From contig CAMCQH010000003.1 of assembly GCA_945877035.1 (NCBI GenBank), positions 326 through 64,325 of the forward strand: a stretch of DNA of 64,000 nucleotides, in the 5' to 3' direction. The notes under the pieces are model-generated. The model had not been told where the DNA came from and did not search any database. It was given only the letters and a program-made list of their open reading frames with translations. Positions 49,251 through 58,488 of this stretch are shown here, piece after piece. Made by a program: the position numbers and the translations under genes. Position 1 is the first letter of the stretch. Each line of letters begins with the position of its first letter. Source of the stretch: an uncultured Clostridium sp. GTDB taxonomy: Bacteria; Bacillota; Clostridia; TANB77; CAG-508.

Positions 49251-50144
49251 TCATTTTTTGTCAATAAACTTATTTGTAAATATTTCTTCTAGTTCTTCTT
49301 TATTAAATTCATATTTTTTATTGCAAAAATGGCATAAAAGCTCTGCTTTTCCATCTTCTTCTATCATTTCTTTTAAAACATTTTTATCAAGTGTTGCTAA
49401 ACCATCAGCCATATGTTCTTTTGAGCAATCACACTCATAAATTGGTGTTATGTTTTCTTCAATGATTTGAACATTTTCATCTCCAGTTACTTTTTTTGCA
49501 ATTTCAAGTAAACTTAAATTTTTGTCTAACATTTTTGAAATTGCACCTGCTTTAAATATTGCTTGTTCAACTTTTGATATTTCTTCATCTGTTGCATCTG
49601 GCATTGGTGTAATTATATATCCACCTGCTGATTTAACTCCATTTTTATCTACTAAGACTCCTAAAGCTACTGCTGTGTTTTTTTGTTCTGATTTTGCAAA
49701 ATATTCTGCAAAGTCTTCTGCTATTTCTCCTGAAACTAATGGGCAAATTCCTACATATGGTTCTTTTAGTCCAATGTCTTTTATGACATTTATAAATCCT
49801 GCATTTCCAACAGCTCCACCAACATCTAATTTTCCCATATCATTTAATGGTAAATCAACTATTGGATTTGATACATATCCTTTTACTCTTGGAAAATTAT
49901 CTGATGTTGTTAGCATTGTTCCAAGTGGTCCATTTCCTTTCAGTTGAATTGTTAGTTTATTGTCTTTGCCTTTCATTTCATTTCCCATTATTGCAGTTAT
50001 TGTTAGTAATCTTCCAAATGCTGCTGTTGCAACTGGGCTTAAGTCATGTGTTTTTCTTCCTTTTTCTACTAATTCTGTTGTGTCTGCACATATTACTGAT
50101 ATTTTCCCTTCATATGCTAAAAATTTTATTATTTTGTCTTGCAT
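49251..50144 (-). CDS. hslO: Hsp33 redox-regulated chaperone
   Basis: C-terminal zinc centre YECDCSKEH...LCHFCNKKYEF. Start at ATG 50144, behind AAAGGGAGAG. Confidence 0.85.
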   Translation of the reverse strand: MQDKIIKFLAYEGKISVICADTTELVEKGRKTHDLSPVATAAFGRLLTITAIMGNEMKGKDNKLTIQLKGNGPLGTMLTTSDNFPRVKGYVSNPIVDLPLNDMGKLDVGGAVGNAGFINVIKDIGLKEPYVGICPLVSGEIAEDFAEYFAKSEQKNTAVALGVLVDKNGVKSAGGYIITPMPDATDEEISKVEQAIFKAGAISKMLDKNLSLLEIAKKVTGDENVQIIEENITPIYECDCSKEHMADGLATLDKNVLKEMIEEDGKAELLCHFCNKKYEFNKEELEEIFTNKFIDKK

Positions 50145-50202
50145 CTCTATCTCTCCCTTTTGTCCGCTTATTTTAAAATTATATTTATAATATATCATAA
50201 TT

Positions 50203-50448
50203 TTAGATAAAATGGAATAAATAATTAATTTTATTTTCTTCTAATTTTGCTAATACTTTTTTGGTTACAGATACAGGAAATGCGCATACACATACATTTT
50301 CTTCTACTTTTTTTATTTTGTAATTGAAAATATATGAAATTATATACGCATCTTTTCCATAACTATAATAAAACTTCCCTATCTTTATCAATGCTACATA
50401 TTCTGGATGTATTTGTTTTATATTTTTTACTATATTCGTTACACTCAT
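50203..50448 (-). CDS. Stand-alone MutS domain-I-like small protein
   Basis: 81 aa. [37 protein letters not shown]...[25 protein letters not shown] parallels the MutS N-terminus ([15 protein letters not shown]...PMCGVPYH...YIAKLIEKGYKV). Confidence 0.45.
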   Translation of the reverse strand: [81 protein letters not shown]

Positions 50449-50534
50449 TTTCCTTGGGTTTTAAAATTCGCGGTTTTCCCGAGAAGTCCAAAGGCCTTCT
50501 TGGTGTATTACTACTGCATTTTTCTCTCTACCAC

Positions 50535-51611
50535 CTATATTCCATATGGTGTTGTTTGTGTTCCTTCTCCTGATTTTACTAGGACATTAGAATTTAGAGT
50601 TACTACAGGGCGAAGGGCACACGCACCGCCGCTAGGGTCGCCAAGAGAGCTATACAAGCTGTTAGCGCGCACGTTACCAGAGCCCACATCGCGCACACGG
50701 AAGCTAGCACCGTTAGAGTTAGCAATGACGCAACGTGATGACATCCAATATGTTGAATATGGACTTCCATTATTTATAAATAAATTATAATATATTGGGT
50801 TTGTAAAATCACTTTCTGCCATTGTTTTACTCCAATATGTATATTTTACTGTCCATGATGTTGCTGTATTTACTCCTGTTATTGGATCTGTTTGTTTACT
50901 TAATCCTAATCTTGTTTCTGGTTGTGTTATTACTGTTATTGCTTGTCCTTCTTCTTGTGCAAATATACTTGGATATTTGTAAGTTGTTGGTGTAAATGGT
51001 TGTCCATAATTTGAATCTATTGTAGTATAATTTGTTGACATTTTATTTTGTATATCTTCTATTTTTAGATTTTGCACCTTTTCTGAATATCCTGCTTTAC
51101 TATATAATGTTTTACATGTTTTATCTAATAAATATACTGCATTATTATATCCATTATAACTAGATAATGTTACTTTTGTTGTTGGTGTAGCACTTATTAA
51201 TCTTACCTTTCCATCTACTACATCTAACACTCTCCATTTTAGTCCTTCTTCTTGTGTTAATGTACTTGATGTATTTGCTGTACTTCCTGAATATGTTCCT
51301 AGTTCTGTTATTATTGCATCTGTACTTGCTGTGTCTGGTGTATATGTTACATAGTCTCCTGGTTGTACTTTACTTGCTAATGTTTGTTTTCCTCCTGTTA
51401 TTGCTTCGATTTGTTCTAAGTAGTTTGCCAATGTTTCATTTTCCTCTGCTGTTTTCTCCTCTGTTAAATTTTTTGCATTTTGTGCTTGTGTAAATAATCC
51501 TTGATTTGTTAGTGCTGATATTGAGATTCCTGCCAATATCAATAAAATAATGATGGTTATTACTAATGCCACCAATGTAATACCGTTTTGTTGTTTTTTT
51601 CTTTCTTTCAT
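50535..51611 (-). CDS. Prepilin-type N-terminal domain surface protein
   Basis: KKQQNGITLVALVITIIILLILAGISISAL (pilin-like leader and helix). C-terminal YWMSSR...A..V..G...G..LRPVVTL module. Confidence 0.7.
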   Translation of the reverse strand: MKERKKQQNGITLVALVITIIILLILAGISISALTNQGLFTQAQNAKNLTEEKTAEENETLANYLEQIEAITGGKQTLASKVQPGDYVTYTPDTASTDAIITELGTYSGSTANTSSTLTQEEGLKWRVLDVVDGKVRLISATPTTKVTLSSYNGYNNAVYLLDKTCKTLYSKAGYSEKVQNLKIEDIQNKMSTNYTTIDSNYGQPFTPTTYKYPSIFAQEEGQAITVITQPETRLGLSKQTDPITGVNTATSWTVKYTYWSKTMAESDFTNPIYYNLFINNGSPYSTYWMSSRCVIANSNGASFRVRDVGSGNVRANSLYSSLGDPSGGACALRPVVTLNSNVLVKSGEGTQTTPYGI

Positions 51612-51688
51612 TTTCTTTTCCTCCTTTAATTTTTTTATTTATTTTTTAAATGTTAATAACTTTTTTAAAACACAAAAAGACAGTAATA

Positions 51689-51856
<168 letters not shown>

Positions 51857-51954
51857 TTATTTTCCTCTTTTCTTTTGTCATTCTATGGATATATTATAAC
51901 TTTAAGTTTAACACATTGTCAATCCTTTTTTGAATTATTTTTATAATAAAATTT

Positions 51955-53214
51955 TTATTCATGTATTTGAAACATATCTTTTCCTTCTCCACAAACTGGG
52001 CAAACCCAATCCTCTGGAAGTTCATCAAATTTTGTACCCTTTGCAATTCCTGCTTTTTCATTTCCGAATTTAGGATTATAAATATATTTACATTGTGTAC
52101 ATTCATATTGTTCATTTCCTGTTCTTTCAACAGAAAAGTTCTTGTACCCTACTGCAACTGCTACTATCACAATTAGTAAAAATGAAATAGCTTTCCATAT
52201 TCCGCTATCACATAAAATTACTGCAAACATTCCAAATATTGCACTAATTCCGTATAATACAAATACTGCTTGTTTTTGGCTAAATCCTTTTTCTACTAAT
52301 TTATGATGTAAATGTCCTTTATCTGCTTTAAATACAGCTTTTATTGATTTTCCTTTTATTAATCTTCTTAAAATCGCCCATAATGTATCAAATATAGGTA
52401 GTCCTAAAACTATTAATGGTAAAACAATTACTGCTGCTGTGTATGTTTTAGCAGAGCCTAATATTGAAATTACTGCTAATGAAAATCCTAAAAAGTTTGA
52501 TCCTGTATCTCCTATAAATGTTCTAGCTGGTGTAAAATTAAATGGTAAAAATCCTACCAATGCACCTGCTAGTGCTGTTATTAGTACTATTGATATTAGT
52601 GATGAACCATTTAATACAAATATTACAAGTAAAGATATTGCTGATATTACTGATATTCCTGATGATAAACCATCAAGTCCATCTATTAAGTTTATTGCAT
52701 TTGTTACAATTATTATCCAAGCAATTGTAAGTAATATTGATGTAATTTCATGCATTTCTGGGAAATTTAAAAATGGTAATGTTATTCCATCTATTCTGAT
52801 TCCAGAAACTACAATACATATTGCTCCTAATACTTGTCCTATTAATTTTGTTATTGGTTTTATTGTTTTTATATCATCAACTATACAAAAAGCTGATATT
52901 ACTAGTATTCCCATTAAAAAGCCTAATAGTTTTTTCCAATATTCTTGTGGACCAAATATATTTATTGTGTTTTCTGTACTCATTACAATTAATAAATATA
53001 TTGTTGAAATAAGAAAACCTAATATTACAGCTGGTCCACCAAATTTTGGTATTGATTTTTTATGTGCTCTTCTTTCATCTTTTGGAATATCTATTGCTCC
53101 TACTTTTTTAGCAATTTTCATTGTATATGGTGTAGTTACAAATGTTACTACAAATGCAAGTATAAATGCTATTGCTATATTCCCCCACATATTTTTTGTC
53201 CTTTCTAAAACCAT
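51955..53214 (-). CDS. WecA/TagO/MraY-family polyprenyl-phosphate sugar-phosphate transferase fused to a C-terminal rubredoxin domain
   Basis: Polytopic protein with NAINLIDGLDGLSSG and IGDTGSNFLGF. C-terminal YECTQCKYIYNPKFGNEKAGIAKGTKFDELPEDWVCPVCGEGKDMF matches the rubredoxin consensus. Confidence 0.8.
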   Translation of the reverse strand: MVLERTKNMWGNIAIAFILAFVVTFVTTPYTMKIAKKVGAIDIPKDERRAHKKSIPKFGGPAVILGFLISTIYLLIVMSTENTINIFGPQEYWKKLLGFLMGILVISAFCIVDDIKTIKPITKLIGQVLGAICIVVSGIRIDGITLPFLNFPEMHEITSILLTIAWIIIVTNAINLIDGLDGLSSGISVISAISLLVIFVLNGSSLISIVLITALAGALVGFLPFNFTPARTFIGDTGSNFLGFSLAVISILGSAKTYTAAVIVLPLIVLGLPIFDTLWAILRRLIKGKSIKAVFKADKGHLHHKLVEKGFSQKQAVFVLYGISAIFGMFAVILCDSGIWKAISFLLIVIVAVAVGYKNFSVERTGNEQYECTQCKYIYNPKFGNEKAGIAKGTKFDELPEDWVCPVCGEGKDMFQIHE

Positions 53215-53251
53215 TTTGAAAAAGAATAGTTATATTATTTTTCAAAATTCT

Positions 53252-53698
53252 TTATTTCATATTATCTTTTTCAATTTCTTCTACCATCTTTAGTCTTTCT
53301 TCATATCTTCCACCTTTGAATTCTGTTCCTAACCAATTTCTTATTATGCAAATTGCTTCATTTGTTGTTAGATAATCTCCTCCTAATGTGATTACATTTA
53401 TGTCATCATCTGCTTTTGCAAATTTTGCTGATTCTTCATCATGTATTGATGCTGCTCTTATTCCTTTAAATTTGTTTGCTACTACTGTCATTCCATATCC
53501 TGATCTGCATACTAATATTCCTGAATCACATTCTTTTTTTTGTATTGCTTCTGCTACTTTTTTTGCATATATTGGGTAGTCTGTTCTTTGTTCATCATAT
53601 GTTCCAAAATCTTTGTATTCTATTCCTTTTTCTTCTAAGTATTTTTTTATTTCTTCTTTTAATTTATATCCTCCATGGTCTGCTCCTATTGCTATCAT
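53252..53698 (-). CDS. rpiB: Ribose-5-phosphate isomerase B
   Basis: IAIGADHGGYKLKEEIKKYL...GILVCRSGYGMTVVANK. Start at ATG 53698, behind AAGGAG. Confidence 0.85.
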   Translation of the reverse strand: MIAIGADHGGYKLKEEIKKYLEEKGIEYKDFGTYDEQRTDYPIYAKKVAEAIQKKECDSGILVCRSGYGMTVVANKFKGIRAASIHDEESAKFAKADDDINVITLGGDYLTTNEAICIIRNWLGTEFKGGRYEERLKMVEEIEKDNMK

Positions 53699-53820
53699 TT
53701 GTATCACTCCTTTTTATTTTTTTGCAGTTTTTTCAACTGCATTAGTCAGCTGTAACTGGTTTTGTTCGAACAGCTGACTTAACTATATCATATTTTTTTG
53801 TATATTACAATAATTTTGAT

Positions 53821-53858
53821 TAAAAAATAGGGATTTGAGATGTGCCCCCTAATCCCTA
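53821..53858 (-). terminator. Terminator after the ABC transporter operon
   Basis: Stem TAGGGATT pairs with AATCCCTA. A T-run follows on the minus strand (plus A6, 53822-53827). Confidence 0.55.
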
Positions 53859-53862
53859 TTTT

Positions 53863-54876
53863 CTATTTAATTGCTTCTTTTGCATATTTATTATTTACAA
53901 TTTTCTCATAAGGAGCTTTTTGAGTTAATTCTCCAGCCTCACTTATAACCTCTTGTAATTTATCAAAGCTTTCTTGTTTAAGAACTGGTGTATCATTCCA
54001 AGCATCTATATCTTTATAGCTTTGAATTGCTGTTGCTAATAAATCTAAATCTGTATCTGGGAAGAAATCTTGAATAACTTCTGCTATTTCTTCTGCAGTA
54101 TGTTCTTGAACCCATTTTTGTCCTTTATAAATGGCATTTGTAAAATTTTGAATTGTTTCTTCATTATTTTCAATATAGCTTTTTTTAGCAAAATAAGCTG
54201 TATATGGTATTTCTCCTGATTCTTTTCCAACAGAAGCAACAATATATCCTTTCCCAATTTTTTGAATATTTGATGCTGTTGGTTCAAATAATGTAACAAA
54301 ATCTGCATCACCTGATGTAAATGCACTTGCCATTAAGTCAAATTTTATACTATCATCTAGTATTAGGTCTTTTCCAGATTTTATTCCATGTTGTTTTATA
54401 ACATATTCTAATGTCATATATGGTACTCCACCTTTTCTTCCTGGTATAACTGTTTTTCCTTTTAACATGTTCCAATCAAAATTATCTATTTTTTCTTTTG
54501 ATACTAAAAATGAACCATCTCTTTTTGTAAGTTGTGCAAATACTTGTGTATAGTCTTCTTTTCCTTCATTATAAACATATATTGATGCTTCTGGTCCTGC
54601 AAATCCTATTTGTGATTCTCCAGATAGTACTGATGTCATTACTGCATCTGCTCCTTGACCTGTTGTTAAATCTATTTCTATTCCATAATCTTCAAAATAT
54701 CCATTATTTATTGCAACATATTGTGGTGAATAAAATACTGAACGTGTAACTTCATTCATTTTTATTTTTGTTGTTTCACTGTCTGTTGAGTTGTTTTTAT
54801 TTTTGATTGTTACAATTCCTACAACTATTGCCACTATTAATAGTATAACAACACCTATGATTATTTTCTTTTTCAC
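53863..54876 (-). CDS. ABC transporter substrate-binding protein (NMT1/SsuA-like)
   Basis: N-terminal membrane anchor/signal. Periplasmic-binding-like sequence downstream of the permease and ATPase genes. Confidence 0.65.
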   Translation of the reverse strand: MKKKIIIGVVILLIVAIVVGIVTIKNKNNSTDSETTKIKMNEVTRSVFYSPQYVAINNGYFEDYGIEIDLTTGQGADAVMTSVLSGESQIGFAGPEASIYVYNEGKEDYTQVFAQLTKRDGSFLVSKEKIDNFDWNMLKGKTVIPGRKGGVPYMTLEYVIKQHGIKSGKDLILDDSIKFDLMASAFTSGDADFVTLFEPTASNIQKIGKGYIVASVGKESGEIPYTAYFAKKSYIENNEETIQNFTNAIYKGQKWVQEHTAEEIAEVIQDFFPDTDLDLLATAIQSYKDIDAWNDTPVLKQESFDKLQEVISEAGELTQKAPYEKIVNNKYAKEAIK

Positions 54877-54944
54877 TTTAAACCTCCTTAAATTTTATTT
54901 GCTACAAATTGCAACTGTATTATTAAAAGGTTGAATTGTAGCCA

Positions 54945-55740
54945 TTATTTTCGGATAAACTTTTCAAGCAATAAAACTCCTCCATACATAATTCCTGCAA
55001 CTATTCCTAAAATTATTACACTAGTCATTACTAGGTCTAATTTAAAAACTTGCCCTCCATATACAATTAAATATCCTAAACCTGCTTTTGATACTAAAAA
55101 TTCTCCAGATATTACACCTACTAAAGAAAGTCCTATATTTACTTTTAATGAGTTTATAAATGTTCCTATATTTGCTGGTATTACTATTTTTGTTTGTAAT
55201 TGCAATTTGGTACAATTAAAAGTTCTTGCCATTTTGATTATTTCTTTGTCTGTTCTTAAATATCCATTTAACATTTCTAGTATTGTTACTATCAGTGATA
55301 TTGCTATTGCCATTACTATTATTGCTGGTTTTCCCGAACCAACCCAAATAATAATTATTGGACCTAATGCAACTTTTGGTAAACTGTTTAATACTACTAA
55401 ATATGGCTCTGCTACTTTTGCTAAGAATTTAGACCACCAAAGAATAATTGCTATTCCTACTCCTAAAATTGTTCCTAGTCCGAATCCAATTATTGTTTCA
55501 TAAACTGTTACTTTTGTATGCATTAATAAATTATTGGCTTTTAGATTCATAAATGTTTTTAATATTCTACTTGGCTGACTTGTTATAAAACTATCTATTA
55601 TGTTTTTATTTGCAAGTATTTCCCAAATTGCTAAAAATCCGTATTAAAATCACTAATTGTGTTAGTATTACTAATACTCTGTTTTTCTTTACTTTATTAA
55701 GATATTTTTTTCTTTCTTTTGATATTTCATTATTTTTCAT
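54945..55740 (-). pseudogene. ABC transporter permease split by a 1-nt frameshift
   Basis: The N-terminal 44 codons (MKNNEISKERKKYLNKVKKNRVLVILTQLVILIRIF...) run from ATG 55740 and stop at 55606-55608. The remainder (FLAIWEILANKNIIDSF...) is in another frame, open from 55643. The A5 run at 55633-55637 lies in the overlap. Confidence 0.6.
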
Positions 55741-56500
55741 CTACACCAAGCTCCTTCCATAAGGTATCAAAGTACTTACTGAATTTAGGACTTTGTCTGC
55801 AATTTATTGGTGTTCTATTTTCCATTTCAAAATCAATTTTGTGTATATCTTTTATTGTTCCTGGTCTTTTACTTAATACAAGCACTCTATCTGCCATGCT
55901 TATTGCTTCTGATATATCATGTGTTACCATTATTGTTGTTATATTTTCTTTTCTTAATATTGAATATATGTCTTCTGTTACCATTATTCTTGTTTGATAA
56001 TCTAATGCTGAAAATGCTTCATCTAATAGTAATATTTTGGGTTTTACTGCTAATGTTCTAATTAGTGCTACTCTTTGTCTCATCCCTCCTGATAATTCTG
56101 ATGGATATTTGTTTATAAAATCATATAAGTTATATTTCTTTAATAACTCTTTTACATATTCAATATTTTCCTTTGTTTTTATTCCTTTTATTTCTAATCC
56201 GAATAGTGTGTTACTTAATATATTTCTCCATTCTAGTAGGCAGTCTCTTTGTAGCATATATCCTATTTTAGAAGATATTCCTTCTGTTTTTTCCCCTTCT
56301 ATGTATATATCTCCTTCTGTTTTTTCTTCTAGTCCTGCAATTATTGATAGTAATGTTGATTTTCCGCATCCACTTGGTCCTATTATGCTGACAAATTCTC
56401 CTTTTTTTACTCTGAAGTTTACGTTTTTTAATGCTTGAACTTCTCCTTCTTTGTTTTGATATTTTTTTCCTATATTTTTGACTTCTAGTATTTCGTTCAT
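55730..56500 (-). CDS. ABC transporter ATP-binding protein
   Basis: Walker A GPSGCGKST, signature LSGGMRQRVA, Walker B ILLLDEAFSALD. Confidence 0.9.
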   Translation of the reverse strand: MNEILEVKNIGKKYQNKEGEVQALKNVNFRVKKGEFVSIIGPSGCGKSTLLSIIAGLEEKTEGDIYIEGEKTEGISSKIGYMLQRDCLLEWRNILSNTLFGLEIKGIKTKENIEYVKELLKKYNLYDFINKYPSELSGGMRQRVALIRTLAVKPKILLLDEAFSALDYQTRIMVTEDIYSILRKENITTIMVTHDISEAISMADRVLVLSKRPGTIKDIHKIDFEMENRTPINCRQSPKFSKYFDTLWKELGVDEK

Positions 56501-56628
56501 AAATTGCCTCCTTAAATATTTATCCTAGTATATTTTATGTTAAATATAGGAGGGTGGTTACTTTGTTTTTGCTTCTTTAATTGCAAAAAATAAGCAGTAG
56601 AGTTTTTGCTCTATTGCTTATTTTTTAA

Positions 56629-56979
56629 TTATTGTACATCCTCTTCATCATCAAAATTTGTTCTACTAATTAATTCAGAAATTGCATATATCAGTCTTTG
56701 TTGCTCTGGTGTACATTTTTCCAGTACCTGTCTAAAATCCTCTCTTAAATAATCTTTTGAAGCTGTGTTACTACCAGTAAGCAAATATCCAGGTGATACA
56801 TTTAAAATCTCTGCTATTTGAGTTAATCTTTTTAAGTTTATTTTTCCTGTTCCTCTTTCTACTCTGCTCATAAAAGCAACTGATACATCAATTTTATCTG
56901 CAAGTTCCTCTTGTGTTAACCTTTGTTCAATTCTCGCATTTTTAATTCTTCTTCCTATAACATTATAATCTGGTGACAT
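56629..56979 (-). CDS. XRE-family transcriptional regulator
   Basis: QRLTQEELADKIDVSVAFMSRVERGTGKINLKRLTQIAEIL. Confidence 0.8.
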   Translation of the reverse strand: MSPDYNVIGRRIKNARIEQRLTQEELADKIDVSVAFMSRVERGTGKINLKRLTQIAEILNVSPGYLLTGSNTASKDYLREDFRQVLEKCTPEQQRLIYAISELISRTNFDDEEDVQ

Positions 56980-57006
56980 TTTATCTCCTCCGTTTCCTTT
57001 GATGTA

Positions 57007-57035
57007 AATATATCACTTATTAGGTAACTAGTCAA
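57007..57035 (-). promoter_or_regulatory. Extended -10 sigma-A promoter of the XRE gene
   Basis: Minus strand TTGACT-14 nt-TGATATATT, i.e. 17-nt spacing to TATATT. Confidence 0.5.
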
Positions 57036-57049
57036 TACTTTTTGTTGAT

Positions 57050-57697
57050 TTATTTGTAAATATTTATTTTTGCATTTATAAGTTCTTTGACTATGCTTGA
57101 ATTCATTTTTCGTAATTTATTTATTTCTAATTTATTGATATCTATTATGTTATATGAAAAATTAATTCTGTTTCCTTCACATTGTGTATAATTTATTTGG
57201 CTATAAATATCACAGCAATCAATATTCCATTTTTGTTTTCCTAAATATATGACTATAGGGATAACAATTGGATATCTTTTGTTTTCCATTTTTTCTTCTT
57301 CATTCCATCTTTTTATGATGTTTATTGAGTTTTCAAACATTTTATATGTTATATTTGTGTCGATATTGTCTATCACTTTTATTAATATAAAAATTTCTTT
57401 GTCCTCTATCTTGCAGATAACATTATTATTTTGTTTGTCTAATATAGTCTTTACGTCATTATAATAAGAAATATTTTCAATATCACCTATTTCAGATAAA
57501 TTAAAAAATTCTTTCATAAATTTTTTTAAGTAAAATTTGTTTTTTAACATTTTTATAATTTCATTTTTAGTATTATACTTTGTTTTTGCTACGTTTTTTG
57601 GTTCATATTTTTCAATATTTTCTTCTACTCTTTTTACTTCGTTTATTTCTCCATTTTCTGTATAATCCATGTAGTCATTATACGAGAAATAAATCAT
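57050..57697 (-). CDS. Divergent Rpn/YhgA-like (PD-(D/E)xK transposase-like) protein
   Basis: Architecture resembles Rpn proteins (FILIKVIDNID...YPIVIPIVIYLGKQKW), but the usual E-H-Q-S core is not conserved. Confidence 0.35.
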   Translation of the reverse strand: MIYFSYNDYMDYTENGEINEVKRVEENIEKYEPKNVAKTKYNTKNEIIKMLKNKFYLKKFMKEFFNLSEIGDIENISYYNDVKTILDKQNNNVICKIEDKEIFILIKVIDNIDTNITYKMFENSINIIKRWNEEEKMENKRYPIVIPIVIYLGKQKWNIDCCDIYSQINYTQCEGNRINFSYNIIDINKLEINKLRKMNSSIVKELINAKINIYK

Positions 57698-57836
57698 AAT
57701 GCCTCCTTTCTATTTTCTTGTTGATAATTATTTAATTGTTGGGATTTTTATTTAGATATAAATTTAAAGATTTCATTTTGCAAATACAAATGTTGATTTT
57801 AGAAAAATTTTTTCTAGATTTATCTTAACATAAAAT

Positions 57837-57870
57837 GGTAAGAATTGCAATTAAATTGCAAATTCTTACC
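57837..57870 (-). terminator. Long hairpin downstream of trmL
   Basis: GGTAAGAATTGCAA...TTGCAAATTCTTACC is a near-perfect inverted repeat, followed by a T-rich stretch on the minus strand. Confidence 0.5.
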
Positions 57871-57921
57871 AAAGTTATAAAAATTTCTTGTTGTTTTTTG
57901 TAAAAACTTGTAATATTTTGT

Positions 57922-58434
57922 CTATATCATTCCTTTATTATTGAAATAGCTGCTTATTTCCTCTAGGTTTTCAAAGTCTTTTTGTCTTAAAATATCATAA
58001 ACAACAATTGAAACTGAATTTGATAAATTTAGTGACCTTAACGTTGGTCTCATTGGAATTCTTATTGTTTTATCTATGTATTTTACCAAAATATCTTCTG
58101 GTAATCCTTTTGTTTCTTTTCCGAAAAGCATAAAAACTTCATCCATTTCTTTGTAGTTTGGTTCAGAATAAACATGTTTTCCTTTTGTTGTTACAAAAAA
58201 CATATTATTTTCTTCTGGTTTATATTTTTCTAAAAATTTTTCAAAAGAATCATGTTCCTCTATTTCTAGCTTATCCCAATAATCTAGACCTGCTCTTTTA
58301 ACTGCTTTTTCTGATATGCTGAATCCTAATGGATGTACTAAGTGTAGCTTTCCTCCTGTTGCTGCACATGTTCTTGCTATGTTTCCTGTATTTTGTGGTA
58401 TTTCTGGTTCTACTAATACAACATTTAATTTCAT
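57922..58434 (-). CDS. trmL: tRNA (cytidine/uridine-2'-O)-methyltransferase TrmL
   Basis: VVLVEPEIPQNTGNIARTCAATGGKLHLVHPLGF. SpoU fold, 170 aa. Confidence 0.8.
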   Translation of the reverse strand: MKLNVVLVEPEIPQNTGNIARTCAATGGKLHLVHPLGFSISEKAVKRAGLDYWDKLEIEEHDSFEKFLEKYKPEENNMFFVTTKGKHVYSEPNYKEMDEVFMLFGKETKGLPEDILVKYIDKTIRIPMRPTLRSLNLSNSVSIVVYDILRQKDFENLEEISSYFNNKGMI

Positions 58435-58488
58435 TTTTCGACCTTCTTTCTAGAAGAGGGATTTTTTGTGCTGGCCCCTTTCATCCCT

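Noticed and set aside
50535-51611. Calling a complete diversity-generating retroelement
   Set aside because: Neither a reverse transcriptase gene, an Avd-like gene, nor a second copy of the GC-rich patch (template repeat) is present in the 64 kb. Only the variable-region-like signature is reported.
52439-53293. 284-aa plus-strand ORF
   Set aside because: It is antisense to the WecA/TagO-like gene, whose minus-strand translation carries family motifs and the rubredoxin domain. The plus-strand product is low-complexity Ile/Asn/Pro-rich.
54931-55503. 190-aa plus-strand ORF
   Set aside because: Antisense shadow of the ABC permease gene; no RBS or recognisable motif.
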